Part shown: positions 19,185 through 30,054 of the stretch, piece by piece
Position numbering within the stretch: the first letter of the stretch is position 1
Layout of the letters: each line of letters starts with the position of its first letter
From: Candidatus Acidiferrales bacterium
GTDB lineage: Bacteria; Acidobacteriota; Terriglobia; Acidiferrales; UBA7541
DNA: 64,000 nt
Direction of reading: 5' to 3'
Assembly (NCBI GenBank): GCA_049523255.1
Contig: JBEKNB010000002.1
Coordinates: 157,867 to 221,866, forward strand
Program-made: the position numbers and the translations under genes
The notes under the pieces: generated by a model
The model's input: the letters and a program-made list of their open reading frames with translations, nothing else
The model's database searches: none
What the model was told of the DNA's origin: nothing

Positions 19185-22100
19185 CTAGAAAGTGAACCTC
19201 AACCCGAATTGGATCAGGCGCGGATTGACGTTCGTGTGGAGAATGCTTATGGTCGCCGGCGATGCGATGTTCTCGAAACCCACGGTGCCAAAGGAGGCGC
19301 CGCCGGGATCCGCGAACTGTGGGTGGTTGAAGGCATTGTAGAAATCCGTGTGGAACTGCATGTTGACCCGTTCCGTAATTTTGGTGCTCTTCAGGATGGA
19401 AATATCCCAGTTGAACTGGCCTGGGCCAAGTACGGCGCCGACACCGGAATTGCCGAAGCCCGTAGCTGTGGGGTCCCCAAAAGGTACGATGGGCGCCGGG
19501 CAAAAGCCGGCGAGGTTGAAGTAGCCCTTGCCATTTGCAGGGTTAGTGCCCACTTTTGAAATAATGGAGCCGGACGCAAGGATATTTCCATTGTTAAACC
19601 CAGAGCAATATTGGGCCGTCGAGACTCCATCGAGATAGCTCGTGGTGCTCGTGCCGTAAGCCCCGCCGGTCTCTACTGTTGGGTTCGTACTGCCTGATGC
19701 TCCGATGAACGTCAGTGGATCGCCCGATTGCACGATGGTGATGCCGGAGACGTTCCACCCGCTCACCAACTTGCCCGCAACTCCCTCCATGCCTTTGCCA
19801 ATAGGCAAGTCGTAGCTGTAGTTCAGTACAAAGCGCTGAGGCCGGTCGAACGATACGCGCCCGTATTGTGAACCGACAGCCAAAGCGTTGTTTATGTTGG
19901 CGCTGGGGCCAAAGAAGACGTCGGAGAGGTTCTTGTCCCAAGTATAGGCCGCCTGCATGGAGAGCCCATGGGAGAACTGGTGGCGCAGGGTCACCTGCAA
20001 GCTGTTGTAGTTGGAGAAGCCGTTAGCGTCCGAGGCAGCCAGACCATCGGTCGCGTAGCCGGGATACGGCACGCGGAACTCCGCGTTGGCGGCGGTGTTG
20101 CAGATCGGTGGGGTTCCGGTGCAAAGGGAACTATAGGCGTTTGTGGGTGTCGCCAAGACCGCCTGATTGTGATTGTGGTTGTAATCCAGCAAGTTGATTC
20201 CGCTCGATCCAACGTACCCAAGATCGAGCACCCACTGTGGCGCGAACTCATATTGAATGCCCAGGCTGTATTCCCGGACAAGCGGTGTATGTACGCTCGT
20301 AGGGTCAAAGGGCGTGCTCAAGCTGGAATCCGCGCCGGTGGCCGCATTCGAGAAGCGAGGGGCAAAGCCGAGCCCGAAATCTGTATTGCAATTCGGGTCC
20401 GAAGGCATGCACACCAGACCTATCTGAGGGTAGGGCTGAGCGAGCGTGGCCTGCGCCCACCGACTGCTCAAGAAGCTGTAATCGTAGGTGGCTGCATAGG
20501 GGTACCCCTGCTCGTAGGCGTGGACGACGCTGTCCAAGCCGACGCGATTGTAGAAGATGCCAACTCCGCCGCGCACCACGAGTTTTCCGCCCGTCAGTGG
20601 CTGCCAGGCGAATCCGAATCGCGGAGCGAAGTTGCTATACGGGGCGTGCCCTTCAATAGAGTTCCTGTTATTGGCGATGCCGACGCCGGCAGGGGGTGGC
20701 CCGAAATGCGAAACGAAGTTGCTGGGCACAACGTATTGCTGAACGCCGGCCGGGTCCGTCGCCGAGAATGCGGTTGGCACGTCCGCATTTGGCGCCATCC
20801 GGTCGAGCCAAACCTGAGTGAGCCTTCCAAGGCTATCGCTAAGCAACCCGTCATACTCCCAGCGCAGGCCGATATTCAAGGTCAGGCGCGAGCTCACCTT
20901 CCAGTCGTCCAGCACGTACAGACTCTGGTTGTTCAGGTGATAGAAGTGGGTAATCCCGTGTTCTCCCGTGACGCCCTTCACGCAGAATAGACATCCGACG
21001 TTCCAGAAGGGGCCGGCGTCCCCCCCGGCGGCGAGGCCGCCCGTGCCAAGGAGGAGCAAAAGCCCTTGCTGGAGGCCCTGATCCTGCAAGGGCCAGTTCG
21101 TCCATTCATACTCATAGCCCGCCCGGATGCTGTGCTTTCCGTGCTGCCAGGAAATCTGGTCCGCCAACTGGAGCTGGTTCGTCGGCCCTTTGAAGGGGAG
21201 GAGGCCCCCAAAGAGGGTGAAGTTGTCCAAGACATCGATGATGGTCGGCGGCTCGTAGAAACCGGGGACCAGAGGCTGCATCCCCAACTGGGCGGGCGAG
21301 CCACAGTTTGCCGCAGATGCCGTAGGACACCCACCCGGTGGCACGGCTACGGTCGCGCCGCCATTGTTTCGCTGATACGACACGCGTGCTTCGTTCACGA
21401 AATTGTTCGTCAGGGTCGACGTGAGCCTCGCCACGGCAGCCTGGTTACCCCAGGGTGTCTTCTCCGGCGTGCCCGGCAGGTCCCCGCCTCCCTGGCCCAA
21501 GAACAACGTTTGAGGGTTGGCCGTGTAAAAGTACCTCGTGCTGAGCGTGTGCTTGTTGTTGATCACGTAATCGCCGTTGGCGACGTACTGATTCTCTGTG
21601 TAGAGAGCCGGAACGCTGAAATCGCACGTACCTGCAGAGCTGCAGAACTGTGGGTCCGACGATGGGGCCGGGATGTAATAATTATTCTTTACTCCCGCGC
21701 CACTCCCCGTCGTGAGTTGGAATATCCGGAGCCCCACGACATTGGTGATTCCCATCGCGGAGGCAAACGCCTGGGCGGTCGCATTGCAGCTACTAGCGAT
21801 GCTGCTGTAGTCAGGTACCGCCGTAGGGGTAATGCACGTCCCGCGCGACCCGAGCGCTGCGTACGGGTTTAGCGTGGGAGGCAACAGCGCGCCGAACGTT
21901 TCGCCCTGGGGCGCTACGCCGTTCTTGCCTCGCGTTCCCCGATAGCTGAAGAAGAAGAAGAGCTTGTCTTTCTTGATCGGGCCGCCAATCGTGCCCCCGA
22001 ACTGGTTTTGATCCAACACTTGGTGGGGATCGGCGGGTGTTTTGACGTAAAAGAAGTCGTCGGCATTGAGAATCGAATTGCGGAAGAATTCGAACGCTGA

Positions 22101-22904
22101 CCCGTGAAAAGCGTTGGTGCCGGGCTTGGTGGTAAGGTTCACATTGGCCCCGGGGTTGCGGCCGTAGCTGGCGTCGTACGTCGAAGTCTGGACCTTGAAT
22201 TCGGCGATGGCGTCGGTGCTGGGAATCGGGATTCCGGTGTAGATCGTGCCGTCGTTCGCGCTGCCGGAGTTGGCGATGTTATTGATGGCCACGCCGTCCA
22301 TCTGGAAGTTATTCGATCCTGGATCGACGCCATTGGCGCTGATGTTTTGCGTGCCCTTGCCAACTGACGTCGCGTTGTCGACGCCCACAGTAGTACCCGC
22401 CGAAAGGCTGAGAATCTCCGTGTAGTTCCCGTTGGCCATGGGCAGAGCATTGATCTGGCTTCCGCTAACCGTGGTCCCGAGCGTCGAGCTCTGCGTCTGA
22501 AGGGTCTCGATGTTGGCCTCCACCGTGACGGACTCGCTCACGGCGCCGACTTCAAGCGCCTGATCCACGGTAGCCGTCTCGGTAACGTTCACCGTGACGG
22601 AGGGGACCGTGGAGGTTTTGAAACCAGCGGCGCCGAACTTGACGCTATAGTTCCCGGGTGGCAGGAGGGAAAACTTGTAGACACCGTCCGAGCCGGTGAT
22701 CGCGGTGCGCGACTGGCCCGTGCCAAGGCTGGTCAGCGTGACGGTGACACCCGGAACGGATTTGCCGGAAGGGTCGGTAATCGTTCCAGTAATAGCCCCG
22801 GTTCCGGCTGACTGGGCGTGAGCCAGTGACGCGCTCAGAAAGAGCGCCGCCAAACAGATGCACAGCGAAGCGATAAGAATTCCTCGCGCGGATTGCTTGT
22901 TCAT
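19185..22904 (-). CDS. TonB-dependent receptor with N-terminal carboxypeptidase-regulatory-like domain
   Basis: 1239 aa. A signal peptide is followed by the CarboxypepD_reg-like module (GTITDPSGKSVPGVTVTLT...DGVYKFSLLPPGNYSV). The rest is a long beta-rich body ending in a terminal aromatic residue (GLRFTF). Confidence 0.85.
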   Translation of the reverse strand: MNKQSARGILIASLCICLAALFLSASLAHAQSAGTGAITGTITDPSGKSVPGVTVTLTSLGTGQSRTAITGSDGVYKFSLLPPGNYSVKFGAAGFKTSTVPSVTVNVTETATVDQALEVGAVSESVTVEANIETLQTQSSTLGTTVSGSQINALPMANGNYTEILSLSAGTTVGVDNATSVGKGTQNISANGVDPGSNNFQMDGVAINNIANSGSANDGTIYTGIPIPSTDAIAEFKVQTSTYDASYGRNPGANVNLTTKPGTNAFHGSAFEFFRNSILNADDFFYVKTPADPHQVLDQNQFGGTIGGPIKKDKLFFFFSYRGTRGKNGVAPQGETFGALLPPTLNPYAALGSRGTCITPTAVPDYSSIASSCNATAQAFASAMGITNVVGLRIFQLTTGSGAGVKNNYYIPAPSSDPQFCSSAGTCDFSVPALYTENQYVANGDYVINNKHTLSTRYFYTANPQTLFLGQGGGDLPGTPEKTPWGNQAAVARLTSTLTNNFVNEARVSYQRNNGGATVAVPPGGCPTASAANCGSPAQLGMQPLVPGFYEPPTIIDVLDNFTLFGGLLPFKGPTNQLQLADQISWQHGKHSIRAGYEYEWTNWPLQDQGLQQGLLLLLGTGGLAAGGDAGPFWNVGCLFCVKGVTGEHGITHFYHLNNQSLYVLDDWKVSSRLTLNIGLRWEYDGLLSDSLGRLTQVWLDRMAPNADVPTAFSATDPAGVQQYVVPSNFVSHFGPPPAGVGIANNRNSIEGHAPYSNFAPRFGFAWQPLTGGKLVVRGGVGIFYNRVGLDSVVHAYEQGYPYAATYDYSFLSSRWAQATLAQPYPQIGLVCMPSDPNCNTDFGLGFAPRFSNAATGADSSLSTPFDPTSVHTPLVREYSLGIQYEFAPQWVLDLGYVGSSGINLLDYNHNHNQAVLATPTNAYSSLCTGTPPICNTAANAEFRVPYPGYATDGLAASDANGFSNYNSLQVTLRHQFSHGLSMQAAYTWDKNLSDVFFGPSANINNALAVGSQYGRVSFDRPQRFVLNYSYDLPIGKGMEGVAGKLVSGWNVSGITIVQSGDPLTFIGASGSTNPTVETGGAYGTSTTSYLDGVSTAQYCSGFNNGNILASGSIISKVGTNPANGKGYFNLAGFCPAPIVPFGDPTATGFGNSGVGAVLGPGQFNWDISILKSTKITERVNMQFHTDFYNAFNHPQFADPGGASFGTVGFENIASPATISILHTNVNPRLIQFGLRFTF

Positions 22905-23138
22905 TACTTCCCCCCGTTCAGTGTGTTTTCACCAGCCAGCAAAGGTCACGCATCAAATCACACTAAGCACGTGGATTGAGCGCACGCCTCATGCGCTGTG
23001 GATGTTTGCGAGCCCCTAACTCGGGACGGACCACCCAATAGAATGGACACACTAATTACCGAATTGGGTCCGCTTGTCCATTTCTTATTTTGATTGCTTC
23101 TGTTACCGATTAGGAATATAAGCTCCGTAAAAGCCCGT

Positions 23139-24125
23139 ATGGAATTGCGCCAACTGAAATACTTCATTGCGGTCGCCGAGCATCTGAGCTTTTCAAAGGC
23201 CGCACTGCACCTTCACGTGACAGTGCCGCCATTGAGCCGGCAGATTCGCCAATTGGAAGACGAACTGGACGTGCAGCTGTTCGTGCGCGACCGCCGGCGC
23301 GTCGCTTTGACCGATGCTGGCCAGTCACTCTTGCGTGAAGCGAAGATTTTGGTGGCTCAGACCGCGCATGCGGTCGATTGCGTGCGCCTTGTTAAGAAGG
23401 GAGAGGCCGGCCTCGTGAGAGTCGGTATCGGCCTGGGCCTGGGAGAACGGGTCAGCCGCGTCATCATGCAACACTCGCAGCAGTTTCCGGGCGTGGAAAT
23501 CCGATGTACGGAGTTATATTCCAGTTTTCAAAATGAAGCCCTCTTGGAAGGAAAAATCGACATCGGCTTCTTGCGGCCGCCCGTTGACCCCGCTCACCTG
23601 GAATCCGAGTTGTTGTTTGAGGAAGGACTCTCCGTTCACATGAGCAAAGCGAACCCGTTGGCGAAACGCAAAGCTTTGCGGATAAGGGATCTCGCCAGCG
23701 AGCCGTTGTTGATACCTGAGCGGGTGGCTTCCACCGGTTTGTACGACAAAACGCTCAAACTATACGCCGAGGCAGGCGTGACTCCCAACGTGGTTCACGT
23801 GGCGATGGATCCTTTGCCTCACAGCGACCTGCAAACGGTGCTGCTGGCGTGCCGGAGGGGAATCTTCATCATGCCGGATGAGGTCGGGTGTTGTCCGCCG
23901 CCCGGCGGCGAAGTGGTTTCCGTGCCGCTTGATGAACCCGATGCGAAGATTGCCGTGCACGCGGCTTGGCGGAAATGCGAGAAGTCAGTGGCGGTGTTTG
24001 CATTCCTGAACACGGCGCGCAGAGTCTACGGTGGGGCGCCTCTGCCGGGCTCACGATGCGCGGCGGCGAAGATTGACTCCCGCCCGAACCTCCGGAATGG
24101 CAAACCCGAGATAGGAATCTTCTGA
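23139..24125 (+). CDS. LysR-family transcriptional regulator
   Basis: MELRQLKYFIAVAEHLSFSKAALHLHVTVPPLSRQIRQLEDEL is the classic LysR HTH N-terminus. The start was set at this Met. Confidence 0.9.
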   Translation: MELRQLKYFIAVAEHLSFSKAALHLHVTVPPLSRQIRQLEDELDVQLFVRDRRRVALTDAGQSLLREAKILVAQTAHAVDCVRLVKKGEAGLVRVGIGLGLGERVSRVIMQHSQQFPGVEIRCTELYSSFQNEALLEGKIDIGFLRPPVDPAHLESELLFEEGLSVHMSKANPLAKRKALRIRDLASEPLLIPERVASTGLYDKTLKLYAEAGVTPNVVHVAMDPLPHSDLQTVLLACRRGIFIMPDEVGCCPPPGGEVVSVPLDEPDAKIAVHAAWRKCEKSVAVFAFLNTARRVYGGAPLPGSRCAAAKIDSRPNLRNGKPEIGIF

Positions 24126-24257
24126 TTGGTCTGTACCGGCAGTCAGTCGAATTCCGCACCAAATCGCTAGCCACGTTCATCCAGGTTCGTATAATGTGTC
24201 GGCGACCAGCGGACGGGTTTGTTCGATGGCGGCTTGCTCGAATCGAGGTGCTCGCGC

Positions 24258-25934
24258 ATGGGAACGATCACGGGGGGAGAACTTGTCGTACGGACGCTGA
24301 TCAAGGCAAACGTCAAGAATATTTTCGGGCTGCACGGGGCGCACCTCGAAACGATATTTCAGTCGTGCCGCGACCACAACATACCGATCACCGATACGCG
24401 CCACGAAGTTGCCGCAGGACACGCGGCTGAAGGCTACGCTCGGGCGACCCGCGGTCTCGGCGTGGCGATGGTCACGGCGGGGCCGGGTTTCACCAACGTC
24501 ATCACATCGCTGGCGAACGCGTATCTTGACCGCACGCCGGTACTCTACATCACCGGCTCCGCCGGCCTGAGGGATGCGGAGACGAATACTTTGCAGTCCG
24601 GGTTCGATCAGGTGGCGGTGGCGAAGCCCATCACCAAGTGGGCGCACCGAATCACGGTCCCGCAGGACATACCCCGCCTCGTTGCCCAAGCGATTCGCAT
24701 GGCGACCTCTGGTCCCACGGGGCCGGTGCTGCTCGACATGCCCGCCGATGTTTTGGGCGCGCAGGTTGACGAAGCTTCGGTGCAGGTTCCCGACACGGTT
24801 CTCTTGGATCCGTCGTCGTCTCCGGCGCCGCAAAGTCGCGCAATTGACGAAGCGATCCGCTTGCTTGCCGGTGCAGCGCGGCCCGTGATCATGGTGGGTG
24901 TGGGCGCGTATCAATCGCGCGCGGAAGAAGAGTTACGCGCGTTCGTCGAAGCAACGGGCATTCCCGTTTTTTCCGACTTTCAGGCGCACGGGCTGCTGCC
25001 GAGTAATCATCCGTTGTATGGCGGCACGTTCCACAAGATGGCCGATCTCTCCGCGCCCGATCAGCGGCCGGATGTGATTCTCGCGCTGGGCGTTCGTTTC
25101 GGCCTTTTTACGCTGGGAATGAACGACCTCGAGGTTCCGCTCGCGGCCAAGATCATCCATGTGGAAATTGATCCCACCGAAATCGGGCGGTTAAGACAGG
25201 TCGCGGTTCCCATCGTCGCAGATCCCGGCGAAACCCTGCGCGCGCTGAACGCGGAGGCGAAGTCGCAGCGCTGGCCCGACCACACGAAATGGCAACAGAC
25301 GATCCGAAATGCAAAGACGGAACGTTGCAAGCGGGCACAGAAGGATCTCGATCGCACCGGGCCGCCCATCCACCCCCTCCAGGCAGTATCAGCGATCGTT
25401 GGGAACATCGATGAGAGCGCGATCATCGTGGGCGACGGTGCCGAGGCCTATCACTGGATGAACGAAGTCATCCATCAGAACTACCCCGGAAGCTACATAA
25501 CGCACGGCTTTCTGGGCGCCGTCGGATTCGGCCTGGGGCTTGCGCTCGGGGCGCAGGTGGCGAATCCGAAGCGGCAGGTCTTGTGTCTGGTCGGAGACGG
25601 CGCGATCGGCTTTACCATCGCCGAGTTCGATACGATGGCGCGTCACAACCTGCCCATCGTCGCCGTGGTGATGAACAACCACAGTTGGGCGGCCTCGCAA
25701 CACTTTCAGGAGATCGTTTCCGGCGCCAGCCGCGTGACGGGAACGCAGTTGCGCGACGCGAACTACCACGAGGTTGCGGCGGCCTTCGGATGCTATGGCC
25801 AGCGCGTGACGGAGATCAAGGACCTCGGTCCCGCGATCAAGGCGGCGTTCGCGAGCGGCAAGCCGGCATGCATCAACGTTTCAATCGACCTTGCGCCCAT
25901 CCCGCCGGAGCTGTATTTGCTGATGAAACGCTGA
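24258..25934 (+). CDS. thiamine-pyrophosphate-dependent enzyme (acetolactate-synthase-like family)
   Basis: 558 aa with the N-terminal pyrimidine-binding pattern (GGELVVRTL...HEVAAGHAAEGYAR...GPGFTN) and the C-terminal TPP motif GDGAIGF...NN. Substrate specificity cannot be determined from the sequence. Confidence 0.85.
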   Translation: MGTITGGELVVRTLIKANVKNIFGLHGAHLETIFQSCRDHNIPITDTRHEVAAGHAAEGYARATRGLGVAMVTAGPGFTNVITSLANAYLDRTPVLYITGSAGLRDAETNTLQSGFDQVAVAKPITKWAHRITVPQDIPRLVAQAIRMATSGPTGPVLLDMPADVLGAQVDEASVQVPDTVLLDPSSSPAPQSRAIDEAIRLLAGAARPVIMVGVGAYQSRAEEELRAFVEATGIPVFSDFQAHGLLPSNHPLYGGTFHKMADLSAPDQRPDVILALGVRFGLFTLGMNDLEVPLAAKIIHVEIDPTEIGRLRQVAVPIVADPGETLRALNAEAKSQRWPDHTKWQQTIRNAKTERCKRAQKDLDRTGPPIHPLQAVSAIVGNIDESAIIVGDGAEAYHWMNEVIHQNYPGSYITHGFLGAVGFGLGLALGAQVANPKRQVLCLVGDGAIGFTIAEFDTMARHNLPIVAVVMNNHSWAASQHFQEIVSGASRVTGTQLRDANYHEVAAAFGCYGQRVTEIKDLGPAIKAAFASGKPACINVSIDLAPIPPELYLLMKR

Positions 25935-25996
25935 GGCTGAATCGAAGATTCCGTTGCGCCGGTGGATATCCGGCGATCTGGAGAAGAGACGTGCCA

Positions 25997-27019
25997 ATGG
26001 AAATGCGTCAATTAGGGCGCGGCGGCCCGACGGTTTCAGCGATCGGTCTTGGCTGCATGGGAATGTCGGGCATGTACGGTGCCGCCGATGAGAAAGAAAG
26101 CATCGCAACGATTCACGCCGCTTTGGAGGCGGGCGTCACGATGCTGGACACCGCCGATTTCTACGGCATGGGGCACAACGAGATGCTCTTGCAGAAGGCG
26201 TTGGCGGGACGGCCACGCGAGAGTTTCTTTCTCGCGGTCAAATTCGGTGCGATGCGCGCGCCCAAGGGAACTTTCGTCGGCGTAGATACGCGTCCGGCCG
26301 CGGTGAAGAATTTCCTCGCGTATACGCTGCGGCGGCTCGGCACCGACTACGTCGATTTGTACCAGCCGACGCGCGTTGATCCGAACGTCCCGATTGAGGA
26401 GACGATCGGCGCCGTTTCGGAGATGGTAAAAGCCGGATACGTTCGTTACGTGGGGCTTTCCGAGGCGTCTTCTGAGACCATTCGCAGGGCGCATGCCGTT
26501 CATCCGATTGTGGCGCTGCAAATCGAGTATGCGGTTGTTTCGCGCGGCGTGGAGGCGGACATTCTGCCAACGCTAAGGCAACTGGGAATCAGCCTGGTCG
26601 CGTACGGAGTTTTTTCGCGAGGGCTCCTGACCGGGCACGTTCCGAGCCGCGAGAGCGCCGCGCAGGGAGACATTCGGGAGCACTTCCCCCGGTTTCAGGG
26701 CGAGAACCTGAAGGCCAACCAGCAATTGGTCTCGCGGCTCAGCGCGATCGCGCAGCGGAAGGGAATCAGCGTGGGTCAGCTTGCCGTAGCGTGGGTTTTC
26801 TCCCGGGGGAAAGACATTATTCCTCTCGTCGGCGCACGGCGACGAGATCAACTCGCGCAGGCTCTGCAAGCGCTCGAGGTTTCGTTTTCCGCCGAGGAAC
26901 TGGCTGCGATCGAGAACGCGGCGCCGATCGGATCGGTTGCGGGCGACCGCTACACCGCGGAGCAGATGGCGGTGCTTGATAGCGAGCGCGCTGTTCCGAA
27001 ATCGGCGAAAGCGAATTAG
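25997..27019 (+). CDS. aldo/keto reductase
   Basis: 340 aa from ATG 25997, with LGCMGMSG...LDTADFYG...NE and other AKR motifs. Confidence 0.85.
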   Translation: MEMRQLGRGGPTVSAIGLGCMGMSGMYGAADEKESIATIHAALEAGVTMLDTADFYGMGHNEMLLQKALAGRPRESFFLAVKFGAMRAPKGTFVGVDTRPAAVKNFLAYTLRRLGTDYVDLYQPTRVDPNVPIEETIGAVSEMVKAGYVRYVGLSEASSETIRRAHAVHPIVALQIEYAVVSRGVEADILPTLRQLGISLVAYGVFSRGLLTGHVPSRESAAQGDIREHFPRFQGENLKANQQLVSRLSAIAQRKGISVGQLAVAWVFSRGKDIIPLVGARRRDQLAQALQALEVSFSAEELAAIENAAPIGSVAGDRYTAEQMAVLDSERAVPKSAKAN

Positions 27020-27981
27020 GCTGCCTTCGAGTAGGCGCTCGCCTCATCCAACCGCCGGACGGCTTCGGCCGGAAGCTTCAGCGTCGTCGCACCGATTATT
27101 TCCTTCAACTGATCGAGATTGGTGGCGCTGGCAATTGGCGCCGCGACTCCATGCGCAAGCAGCCACGCGAGAGAAACCTGCGCAGGCGTTGCGTGGAGTT
27201 CCGCGGAGACCGTATCGAGTGCCTTTAGAATCCGGAAACCACGCTCGTTCAGCATGTCTTTCACGCGGTAAGCTCGAGCTCGACCCTCGAGATCCTTTTC
27301 GGAGCGGTATTTGCCGGTGAGGAACCCGCTGGCCAGGGAAAAATAGGGGATCACGGCAATGTTCTCGCGCTTGCACAGGTCTGCAAGCTCGCCTTCGAAT
27401 TCGGCCCTGTCGTAGAGGTTGTACCACGGCTGAAGGGTCTCGTACCTGGGAAGACCTTTCGCGGCGCTGACTTTGAGAGACTCGGCGAGGCGGTCGGCTT
27501 TGTAATTGGACGCGCCAATGGCCCTGACTTTTCCCGCCTTGATCAAATCGGAGTACGCCGCAAGAGTTTCTTCAAACGGCGTTTCGGTATCGTCCCGGTG
27601 GGACTGGTACAGATCGATGTAATCCGTTTTCAAGCGCTTGAGCGAGCGCTCGACGGCGCGGAGCATGTAGGCTTTGGAGAGGCCGCTTTCTCCGGCTACA
27701 ACCTCGACGCCAAGCTTGGTCGCAATCACGACTTTGTCGCGGCCACCGCGCTTTTCCAGCCAATTTCCGATGACCGTCTCGGACTCCCCACCCTGATTCC
27801 CGGCGATCCACTTGGAGTAGACGTCGGCGGTATCGATCAGGTTGAGTCCCGATGCGACGAATGCGTCGAGCAGCTTGAAAGATGTCGGCTCGTCGGCAGT
27901 CCAGCCAAAGACGTTCCCACCGAGGGCCAGTGGTCCTACTTCCAGTCCGGAGTTGCCGAGTCGTCGTTTGATCACGTCCAT
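27016..27981 (-). CDS. aldo/keto reductase
   Basis: 321 aa from ATG 27981, with a GGAGGA RBS. Motifs: MDVIKRRLGNSGLEVGPLALGGNVFG...IDTADVYS. It is convergent with the previous AKR and overlaps it by 4 nt. Confidence 0.85.
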   Translation of the reverse strand: MDVIKRRLGNSGLEVGPLALGGNVFGWTADEPTSFKLLDAFVASGLNLIDTADVYSKWIAGNQGGESETVIGNWLEKRGGRDKVVIATKLGVEVVAGESGLSKAYMLRAVERSLKRLKTDYIDLYQSHRDDTETPFEETLAAYSDLIKAGKVRAIGASNYKADRLAESLKVSAAKGLPRYETLQPWYNLYDRAEFEGELADLCKRENIAVIPYFSLASGFLTGKYRSEKDLEGRARAYRVKDMLNERGFRILKALDTVSAELHATPAQVSLAWLLAHGVAAPIASATNLDQLKEIIGATTLKLPAEAVRRLDEASAYSKAA

Positions 27982-28177
27982 CCTCCTGTCGAATTGGATG
28001 CCGGAAGCGCCGCGGAGGCATCTTAGTTGAGAGGCCCTCCTGGCCGCAAATCTCAATGAGCCCGCGGCGGATCGCCGGACAAATCCGGCCAGACGTTTGC
28101 TATCATGTCTCCGGTTAGCGCTTTTGCGGCATCCAAAGATAAGAACGGGCGGACTCAGAAAAGGGGATACGGACTCT

Positions 28178-28678
28178 ATGAACTCTGGCGGGACAACGAA
28201 CTCTTCCAGTCGTAAGAATTCAGTCGCGCGCGGCGCGACGGTGTTGGCCCTGGGGCTGGCCGCGATTCTGTTGGCGTACGCCGGTACGACGAGGCCGGTG
28301 GGGGCTGACGCAAAGCCGACCAAAACAACACAGGACGGCGTGTACACCGAGGATCAAGCCAAACAGGGCAAGGCCCAGTACAGCCAGAGCTGCGCGAGTT
28401 GCCACATGGATGACCTTAGCGGAAGCGGACAGGCGCTGCCGCTTGTGGGCGACGCGTTCACCCAGACTTGGGAAGGCCAGACCGTCGACGATCTCTTTGA
28501 GCTCATTCGTACAACCATGCCGCAGGACAAGCCGGGCAACCTGACTCCGGAACAAACTCTCAACGTGGTTGCCTTCCTCTTGCAATCAAATCAATTCCCG
28601 GCGGGCAAGGATGAGCTGAAGAGCGACCCTGACGCGCTGAAGAACATCCTGATCACCACCAAGAAGAGCGGCAACTAG
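28178..28678 (+). CDS. exported mono-haem c-type cytochrome
   Basis: Has a CASCH haem-binding motif and an N-terminal hydrophobic signal. The start was set at ATG 28178. Confidence 0.75.
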   Translation: MNSGGTTNSSSRKNSVARGATVLALGLAAILLAYAGTTRPVGADAKPTKTTQDGVYTEDQAKQGKAQYSQSCASCHMDDLSGSGQALPLVGDAFTQTWEGQTVDDLFELIRTTMPQDKPGNLTPEQTLNVVAFLLQSNQFPAGKDELKSDPDALKNILITTKKSGN

Positions 28679-28739
28679 AAGTCAGCGGAAAGGACTGCGC
28701 GCAGCGGGCGGGCACCTGCCGAACGGCAACGAAAAGCTA

Positions 28740-28982
28740 TCAGTCGAGGATTTCGAAGCGGAACTCTTCGATGACGGGATTCGTGAGGACTTCTTTCGCG
28801 ATGCGCTCGACCTGGTTCTTAGCGTCTTCGCGGCCCATGCCGTCCAGTTCGAGGACGAAGAATTTTCCCTGCCGCACGTCCTGCACCTTCGCATAGCCGA
28901 GCGAAGAGAGGGCGCGCTGGATCGTTTGTCCCTGCGGGTCAAGTACGGTCGACTTCAGCATAACCCAGACGTGTGCTTTCAT
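28740..28982 (-). CDS. purS: phosphoribosylformylglycinamidine synthase subunit PurS
   Basis: 80 aa, MKAHVWVMLKSTVLDPQGQTIQRAL...FRFEI, the typical PurS length and motifs. Confidence 0.9.
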   Translation of the reverse strand: MKAHVWVMLKSTVLDPQGQTIQRALSSLGYAKVQDVRQGKFFVLELDGMGREDAKNQVERIAKEVLTNPVIEEFRFEILD

Positions 28983-29001
28983 TATTTCTCCGGAACGCCG
29001 A

Positions 29002-30042
29002 TTATAGCAGGCCCGCCGATCTGGCCGCCGACCGAAAATCTTCCAGCAGGCTCCGCTTGTCGCCCGGGGGCAGAAACGCCGCGCTAAAGCTCTGCTCCGC
29101 GAGTTGCAGCAGTCGTGCCTGCGATAGACCGAGGGAAGCCGCGCGCGAATACTCCGCGAGCAGGTCCGTGTGGAACATGCCCGGATCGTCGGTCGAGAGC
29201 ACAACAAGCGACCCGCGCTCGAGAAGTTTCCGGAGCGGATGATCGCTGAACGATGCGTCCGGCTTTCCGACCTGTTTCGCCAGTGCGCCGGTGGCCACGT
29301 TGCTCGCGAGACAGTTTTCGAGAACGATGCGGCGCGCTGCGAGCGAGTCGGCCATCGCCAGATCGTTTATCAAGGCGATCCCATGCCCGATGCGTTCGGC
29401 ACCCAGAATCTCCACGGCGTCGCGCACGGATTCCGGCCCGCCGATTTCGCCCGCATGGCACACGATATGCAATCCTGCATTCCGCGCGAGATCGAATGCA
29501 TGGCGGAAGCTCGCCGCCGGGTAGGACAACTCGTCGCCACCCATTCCAAAGGCCACAACTCCGGATCGCTCGAGCCGCGCAGCCCAGCGCGCCACCTCCA
29601 TCACGGCGTCCGCGCCGAACTGCCGGGCGGCATCAAAGATCCACGCGGTGCGCAGCCGGCTGAACCGCGCGCTCTCCGCCGCTTCACGAATGGCCGTGAA
29701 ATTCGCCTCCACGTTTTGCATGCGTCGCAGCATCACGCCCGTCGAAATCGTTATCTCGGCGTAGACGACCTTTTGCTGAACGAGTTCCTCCAGCAGCTTG
29801 CGCGTGATGAGCGCGTAGTCTTCCGGATCGCGCAGAAACGACGTGACCCACTTGAACGCCTCGATGAATCCGCCGAAATTGGAGAAACGGTAGCGCTTGG
29901 CGACGTCTTCGGGCGTGAGCGCAGTGCCGTGCCGCCCGGCCAGTTCGACCGCGGTTTCCGGCCGGATCGAGCCTTCCAGGTGTAAGTGGAGCTCCGCCTT
30001 GGGCAGAGCGTCGAGAATCGTCGGCTGTCTCGCTGTTTCCAT
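29002..30042 (-). CDS. add: adenosine deaminase
   Basis: 346 aa with the LPKAELHLHLEGSIRPET metal-binding signature, a later HAGE motif and STDDP. Confidence 0.9.
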   Translation of the reverse strand: METARQPTILDALPKAELHLHLEGSIRPETAVELAGRHGTALTPEDVAKRYRFSNFGGFIEAFKWVTSFLRDPEDYALITRKLLEELVQQKVVYAEITISTGVMLRRMQNVEANFTAIREAAESARFSRLRTAWIFDAARQFGADAVMEVARWAARLERSGVVAFGMGGDELSYPAASFRHAFDLARNAGLHIVCHAGEIGGPESVRDAVEILGAERIGHGIALINDLAMADSLAARRIVLENCLASNVATGALAKQVGKPDASFSDHPLRKLLERGSLVVLSTDDPGMFHTDLLAEYSRAASLGLSQARLLQLAEQSFSAAFLPPGDKRSLLEDFRSAARSAGLL

Positions 30043-30054
30043 CAGGGGATCCGC

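Noticed and set aside
22905-23138. AT-rich divergent region between the TonB receptor and LysR genes, containing CCGATTAGGAAT, as another repeat B copy or mobile-element scar
   Set aside because: Only a 7-nt match is present, without the companion block. The AT-richness is what one expects of a divergent promoter region.
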